Of a stretch of DNA of 46,885 nucleotides, positions 42,784 to 46,885 are shown in pieces (within the stretch, counting starts at the first letter, position 1; the number at the start of each line of letters is the position of its first letter). Source of the DNA: a virus; the IMG/VR virus record IMGVR_UViG_3300028920_000011, positions 1 to 46,885 of that record; one strand, 5' to 3'. Under the pieces are notes generated by a model, which ran no database searches, was not told where the DNA came from, and saw nothing but the letters and a program-made list of their open reading frames with translations. Made by a program: the position numbers and the translations under genes.

Positions 42784-44072
42784 GTGACTTGCCTCCTCCA
42801 TTCGATGATGTTAGCCATCATGCGTGCCGCCTCGTTCTCTTTCCGTTGCACGTTCGCAAGCACCGCGCCCTCGGTATCTGCGATAATGAGATGCCTGTGT
42901 ACGTCCTTGGTTTGCCCAAAGCGCCAACACCGGCGCGTGGCCTGGTAGTACTCCTCGAATGAATCGCCCAACCCCACAAATGCCATGTTAGGGCAATGCT
43001 GCCAATTCATCCCGAATCCGGCTATGCGCGGCTTGGTCACGAGCACGCGGTATTTGCCGTCGGCGAATCCTAGCATGCGTTCCGATTTTTGTTGATTGGT
43101 ATCGCTGCCCTTCACTTCTATGGCGTCCGGTATGGCCTTCGTCAACGCGGCACTCTCGGCATTCAGCTTGCACCAACACAGCCACGGCTCCGTGCTGGCG
43201 TTAACCATCGCCGCGGCCATGTCTGCACGTTCTTCAACGCTTTCCCGACGTGCTTCGAGTCGCTCTTGCATCGTGTTCGCGACCACGGGGAAAAGATAGT
43301 CCTGGCGCAGATGACCATCGACGGTGTGCTCGTACGTGTGCAGGTCCGGCAGCACAAACCTGCCATCGTCATACCCCATGTCGGACGGTTTGCGCACGGC
43401 CCATGCCCACGAGCACATCCAGCACCAGAAATCTCGCTGTCCGTGATGTTTGAGACGCGTTTGCCCTCCAGCCTTGCAGTCTTGTACAAAAAATCTCCCG
43501 AGGATCTCTTGTGCTGTTAATGTGCCCAAAAATTCCGCGTGGTTGATAATTTCTATCAGGTCGTTTGGCGCCGGCGTCGCCGTGCACGCCAGCCGAAAAT
43601 GCAGTTTAGACGCGAAGTCCGTGACGTACTTGCGAAACTTCCCGCTGTAACTCTTGAGGATACTGGACTCGTCCAACACCAGCCCGCCGAGGTTGTCGGG
43701 CTCGAAGTGCTGGAGCATCTCATAGTTGGTGATATGCACACCGTTATCGCGCATGTCGGTGTGGTCGCGACACACGTGCACGGGCACGTCAAACTTCTCG
43801 CCCTCGCGCTGCGTCTGCGTACTCACGGCCAACGGCGCAACAACCAACACGGGCTTGTGTGTGTGCTCACACACCTCACGCGCCCACAGAAGTTGCATCG
43901 GCGTTTTGCCAAGCCCACAATCTGCGAACACCGCCGCACGCCCCTTACGCAATGCCCATTCAGTGATGTCGGCCTGAAAATCGTACAGGGCCGACCCGCG
44001 CAACGTGGCCGTCACTCCATCATCCGGCACGACCATCTTCTTGGACGCGAGGAACCGCCCATACGCGCCCAT
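42780..44072 (-). CDS. SNF2-family helicase/ATPase.
   Basis: ADCGLGKT (motif I), LVLDESSILK (motif II) and QATRRCWRFGQ (motif VI). The start at 44072 is ATGA-coupled to pentapeptide copy D. Confidence 0.85.
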   Translation of the reverse strand: MGAYGRFLASKKMVVPDDGVTATLRGSALYDFQADITEWALRKGRAAVFADCGLGKTPMQLLWAREVCEHTHKPVLVVAPLAVSTQTQREGEKFDVPVHVCRDHTDMRDNGVHITNYEMLQHFEPDNLGGLVLDESSILKSYSGKFRKYVTDFASKLHFRLACTATPAPNDLIEIINHAEFLGTLTAQEILGRFFVQDCKAGGQTRLKHHGQRDFWCWMCSWAWAVRKPSDMGYDDGRFVLPDLHTYEHTVDGHLRQDYLFPVVANTMQERLEARRESVEERADMAAAMVNASTEPWLCWCKLNAESAALTKAIPDAIEVKGSDTNQQKSERMLGFADGKYRVLVTKPRIAGFGMNWQHCPNMAFVGLGDSFEEYYQATRRCWRFGQTKDVHRHLIIADTEGAVLANVQRKENEAARMMANIIEWRRQVT

Positions 44073-44530
44073 CACACCGCCCTTCCCTGGCGGATTACGT
44101 CCCACTCGTCATTGGTCAACGCACACAGGATATGACCCGGCCCGCCGATGTCGGATGGATTGACACGCGCGCCGTCGATTGTAGCCCGGCACAGCGTGGT
44201 GCTAATGAGGTTTGCCCCCCCGAGGTATGCCCCTGCGAGGTTTGCCCCCTCAAGGTATGCTCCCACGAGGTATGCCCCCGTGAGGTTTGCCCCCGCGAGG
44301 TTTGCCCCCGTGAGCTTTGCCCCCCCGAGGTCTGCCCCCGTGAGGTTTGCCCCCGTGGGGTTTGCCCCCGTGGGGTCTGCCCCCGTGAGGTCTGCCCCCA
44401 CGAGGTCTGCCCCCACGAGGTATGCCCGCCCGAGGTTTGCTTTTCTTGCCTCGACGAACGCCACAAACGATTCGGCTTCGCCTTGGTGTAACGTGTTGCC
44501 GTCGCGGTCTAAAATCGTGTGAGTGCCCAT
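44072..44530 (-). CDS. Pentapeptide-repeat protein, copy D.
   Basis: The track ORF begins MGTHTILDRDGNTLHQGEAESFVAFVEARKANL, followed by ADLxGA repeats. The C-terminal [29 protein letters not shown] is related to copies A and B. Confidence 0.85.
   Translation of the reverse strand: MGTHTILDRDGNTLHQGEAESFVAFVEARKANLGRAYLVGADLVGADLTGADPTGANPTGANLTGADLGGAKLTGANLAGANLTGAYLVGAYLEGANLAGAYLGGANLISTTLCRATIDGARVNPSDIGGPGHILCALTNDEWDVIRQGRAV
44207..44446. repeat. Tandem array of 16 x 15-nt units (coding repeats of copy D).
   Basis: gaggt/ggggt recurs every 15 nt from 44207 to 44446. Confidence 0.9.
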
Positions 44531-44558
44531 TGCCGATCTCCCTTATCTCCGGTATTAG

Positions 44559-44912
44559 TCAACCGTTGAACGCATCCACCACAATAGCTATTGCACGTTC
44601 AAGCCCATCGATGATGCCATCACGGTTGTTTATCTGGCGCGCCTGTTGGTTTACTTGGCGCCCCTCGGAATCGAGTTGACGGCGCAAATCGGCCACCGTT
44701 GCGCGCAGTTTCTCTGCGCTTTCGCTGTCCCGTTCCGCCGTCTCAAGTCGGGTCGCCTGCTCGTCGTTGACCCGCCTGAGATATGCCGTCTGACTTGCCA
44801 GTGGCAACACGTACCCCAGCAATTGGTCTAGCTCGTCGGCGTTTAGCCGCGCGCCCTGTTCGCGTTCGTTGGCTGTACACAGCCGTTTCATTAGCCCATT
44901 ATCGATATCCAT
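44559..44912 (-). CDS. Hypothetical coiled-coil protein.
   Basis: The track ORF is trimmed to ATG 44912 (MDIDNGLMKRL...), which follows AAAGGACAGG. The longer form would start at 45029. Confidence 0.5.
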   Translation of the reverse strand: MDIDNGLMKRLCTANEREQGARLNADELDQLLGYVLPLASQTAYLRRVNDEQATRLETAERDSESAEKLRATVADLRRQLDSEGRQVNQQARQINNRDGIIDGLERAIAIVVDAFNG

Positions 44913-44937
44913 TGTCCTGTCCTTTCGTGTTGTTGGT

Positions 44938-44972
44938 GCCCTGCCCGCCGGGGAGAAAACGACGGGCAGGGC
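44938..44972. promoter_or_regulatory. 10-bp perfect stem-loop between dnaB and the next gene.
   Basis: GCCCTGCCCG-(15 nt)-CGGGCAGGGC. There is no flanking U/T tract on either strand. Confidence 0.35.
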
Positions 44973-45029
44973 TGCCGACCATTCGTGAGGAGGGTAGAGT
45001 TGAAGGATGGCCGGCGAAACTCGTGTCAA

Positions 45030-46412
45030 TCAAAACGGTACTCCCTCGTCTGCGTTACCATTATCGTCAAACAGTTCTTCAGATTCAAATCCGTCCTTCC
45101 GTGGGTGTTGGATGCTGGTAATCACATATGATGGTTTGTACCAGCGCAACGTTACGCTCCGTGTGGGCCCGTCGCGTTGTTTGGCGATGTGGCAACGCAC
45201 CTCGATGTCTGTCTCGTTCTCCTGCGCAGTGTTCCAAAGCATCAGGATTATGTCCGCGTCGTTCTCGATGCGCGACGTTTCGCGTAGATGCCAGAGTTGC
45301 GGGCCGTCGTTGCCAAAATCCGCCTTGACAAACTGGGACAGTAGCACAATGGGGCGTGCTATCCTGTCGCGCAACGCGCCTATCTCACTGATGATGTGGT
45401 CATACCGCTCCTTGCCAGAGTAAAACCGCTTGGTAGTCTGCACGGCCTGGAAATAATCGAACGCAACAAAGCTCGTCTCGGGGTGTCGTTGCACGTGGGC
45501 CTGTACGCTGAATTTGAGCTCTTCGATGGTGCGGTAGCCGTCCTGGATGAAAATCGGCACGTCACGAAGGCGGGGCAACGCACGCTGCAATAGCGTGGTT
45601 CGCCTACCCCAGTCGGCATGCGCGTCAACAAACTCATCCAGCGGGCACACAATACGATGTAGGCGCCGCATGATGCGCGCGCGCTTTTCTTCCAAGCTAC
45701 ACAGCAACGGCGGGCCGTATGCCATGCCGATGTTGTGTGCCATGTTGAGTAGGAACGTGCTTTTGCCATGCGATGATTTCGCGGCCACCACCATGAGCAT
45801 GTCGTTTTCCAGCCCGTTCGGTATCCACCGGTCCAAGTCCCAAATGCCCAGCCGGTACCCTTGCACGCGGTCGAGCGCCGTCTTTTCAAGGTACCGCTCG
45901 AACGCCTCCGTGTGCTCGCCTACTAGCTCGGGCACATACGCCGCCTCTCTGCCCTGCTGGATGCCAACGCCCTCAACCTCACGTATTAGGTTCAACGCGA
46001 TATCGTCGGCCTTGGATTGCCACACCATGGCCGTCTGTTTGCTCAGTATCGTGAGCAATTTACGGCGGTGCGCCCGGTCCAACACGGTCGCCGCGTACCG
46101 TTCGACATGGTGCGACGTCATCGTGGCGCCGGTCAATTGCGCAAGGTACGATGCGCCGCCAGCACGTTCCAACGTGCCGGCCTGTTGCATGTGCGACATC
46201 AGGATGGTGGCATCCACCGCGTTGTCTTGCTCAGCAATTTCGCACATGGCGCGGTAGATGTCGCGGTGCGCCTCCGAGTAGAAATCTTCGGCGGTTAGGT
46301 CGGACGCCACGACGGCCAACGCCTGCGGGTTGAGCAGAATACTACCTAGCACGGCGCGTTCCGCGTCAACGTCCTGCGGCGGTTCGCGGTTAAGCACCGT
46401 CGTGGTCCTCAC
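45030..46412 (-). CDS. dnaB: Replicative DNA helicase DnaB.
   Basis: DAERAVLGSILLNPQAL...EDFYSEAHRDIYRAM (DnaB N-domain), Walker A AAKSSHGKSTFLLN, and the later ILLSQ and RDG segments. Confidence 0.9.
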   Translation of the reverse strand: MRTTTVLNREPPQDVDAERAVLGSILLNPQALAVVASDLTAEDFYSEAHRDIYRAMCEIAEQDNAVDATILMSHMQQAGTLERAGGASYLAQLTGATMTSHHVERYAATVLDRAHRRKLLTILSKQTAMVWQSKADDIALNLIREVEGVGIQQGREAAYVPELVGEHTEAFERYLEKTALDRVQGYRLGIWDLDRWIPNGLENDMLMVVAAKSSHGKSTFLLNMAHNIGMAYGPPLLCSLEEKRARIMRRLHRIVCPLDEFVDAHADWGRRTTLLQRALPRLRDVPIFIQDGYRTIEELKFSVQAHVQRHPETSFVAFDYFQAVQTTKRFYSGKERYDHIISEIGALRDRIARPIVLLSQFVKADFGNDGPQLWHLRETSRIENDADIILMLWNTAQENETDIEVRCHIAKQRDGPTRSVTLRWYKPSYVITSIQHPRKDGFESEELFDDNGNADEGVPF

Positions 46413-46527
46413 CGCAAATCACGATGATGCCATACCATACCAGCACGACATACATTGTAACCATCCCTAGCACAATCGTGCCGCTCACACCAATTGCCAC
46501 GCCAAGCCAGAAGTCAATCGTTGGCAT
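46390..46527 (-). CDS. Small membrane protein (45 aa).
   Basis: The track ORF is trimmed to MPTIDFWLGVAIGVSGTIVLGMVTMYVVLVWYGIIVICG..., which follows GGGAGAAC. Confidence 0.45.
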   Translation of the reverse strand: MPTIDFWLGVAIGVSGTIVLGMVTMYVVLVWYGIIVICGEDHDGA

Positions 46528-46696
46528 TTGTCTGTTCTCCCTTCTCGGCCAGCAGCGCCGACACGCACTCATGCAGTTGCCAGACTGCGTCGGCTACGGT
46601 TTCGTATCCGAAATTTTCTGCGTCGTTGTCCAGCCAATCGGCAACCACCTTTTGCGCAGTTCGGATGCGCGTCATGTCTTTTGTGGATAGATTCAT
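46514..46696 (-). CDS. Hypothetical protein (60 aa).
   Basis: The track ORF has ATGA coupling to the end of pentapeptide copy A. Confidence 0.5.
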   Translation of the reverse strand: MNLSTKDMTRIRTAQKVVADWLDNDAENFGYETVADAVWQLHECVSALLAEKGEQTNAND

Positions 46697-46885
46697 TCTT
46701 TGTCCCCTTCCGCCCGCGCGGTTGCGGCGTCGATCTTGTCTGCCAGCGACCCGCCTTCCTCCCGCCGGCGCTGCTCGTCACGCCAACCCTCCTCGGTCAA
46801 CGCACACAGGATATACCCTGGCCCGCCGATGTCGGCGGGATTGACACGCGCGCCGTCGATTGTAGCCCAGCACAGCGTCGTTCCC
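46693..46885 (-). CDS. Pentapeptide-repeat protein copy A, 3' (C-terminal) part.
   Basis: The minus frame reads ...[35 protein letters not shown] with its stop at 46693..46695. The ORF enters the window from beyond 46885 and continues from 1..479 through the terminal overlap. Confidence 0.75.
   Translation of the reverse strand, partial: GTTLCWATIDGARVNPADIGGPGYILCALTEEGWRDEQRRREEGGSLADKIDAATARAEGDKE
46823..46885. repeat. Terminal overlap: identical to 1..63 (and to 580..642).
   Basis: Direct comparison of the window ends shows 63/63 identity. Confidence 0.95.

Overview
The window reads as a complete, GC-rich, roughly 46.8-kb tailed dsDNA phage genome. The last 63 nt (46823..46885) are identical to 1..63. 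Joining through that overlap restores an in-frame 609-nt gene across the ends, so the molecule is probably circular or circularly permuted (about 46,822 bp unique).

There are two convergent transcription blocks that meet at 40558..40673.

(1) A leftward early block runs 7946 down to 1 and continues 46885 down to 40674. It encodes a DNA-binding protein, a ParB-like protein, small Zn/RHH proteins, a Cas4-like exonuclease with an ERF annealase, a RuvC-like resolvase, DnaB, an SNF2 helicase, a beta-class DNA methyltransferase, a Cys-rich radical-SAM-like protein, and a 144-nt tRNA-like RNA. It also carries four paralogous pentapeptide-repeat genes built from near-perfect 15-bp DNA units.

(2) A rightward block runs 8444..40557. 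It opens with envelope-type accessory genes (a GspG-like pseudopilin and a Tat-signal peptide). These are followed by a PAPS-reductase-like/ParB-like pair, small and GpA-type large terminase, HK97-type prohead protease, capsid, lambda-family portal, tail and fibre proteins, a cluster of tiny membrane proteins, and a promoter-headed lysis module with two different cell-wall hydrolases.

Several near-consensus sigma70-type promoters are readable. Many genes are translationally coupled through ATGA or TAATG overlaps. I recognised no integrase, CI-like repressor, reverse transcriptase or CRISPR array.

The most unusual elements are:
- the pentapeptide-repeat gene family with modular identical flanks
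- the split tRNA-like RNA
- the SNF2/methylase/Fe-S module
- the phage-borne pseudopilin
- an A10 tract followed by an out-of-frame ORF that fills the gap upstream of a tape-measure-like gene

All functional calls come from motif reading by eye. No database search was run.
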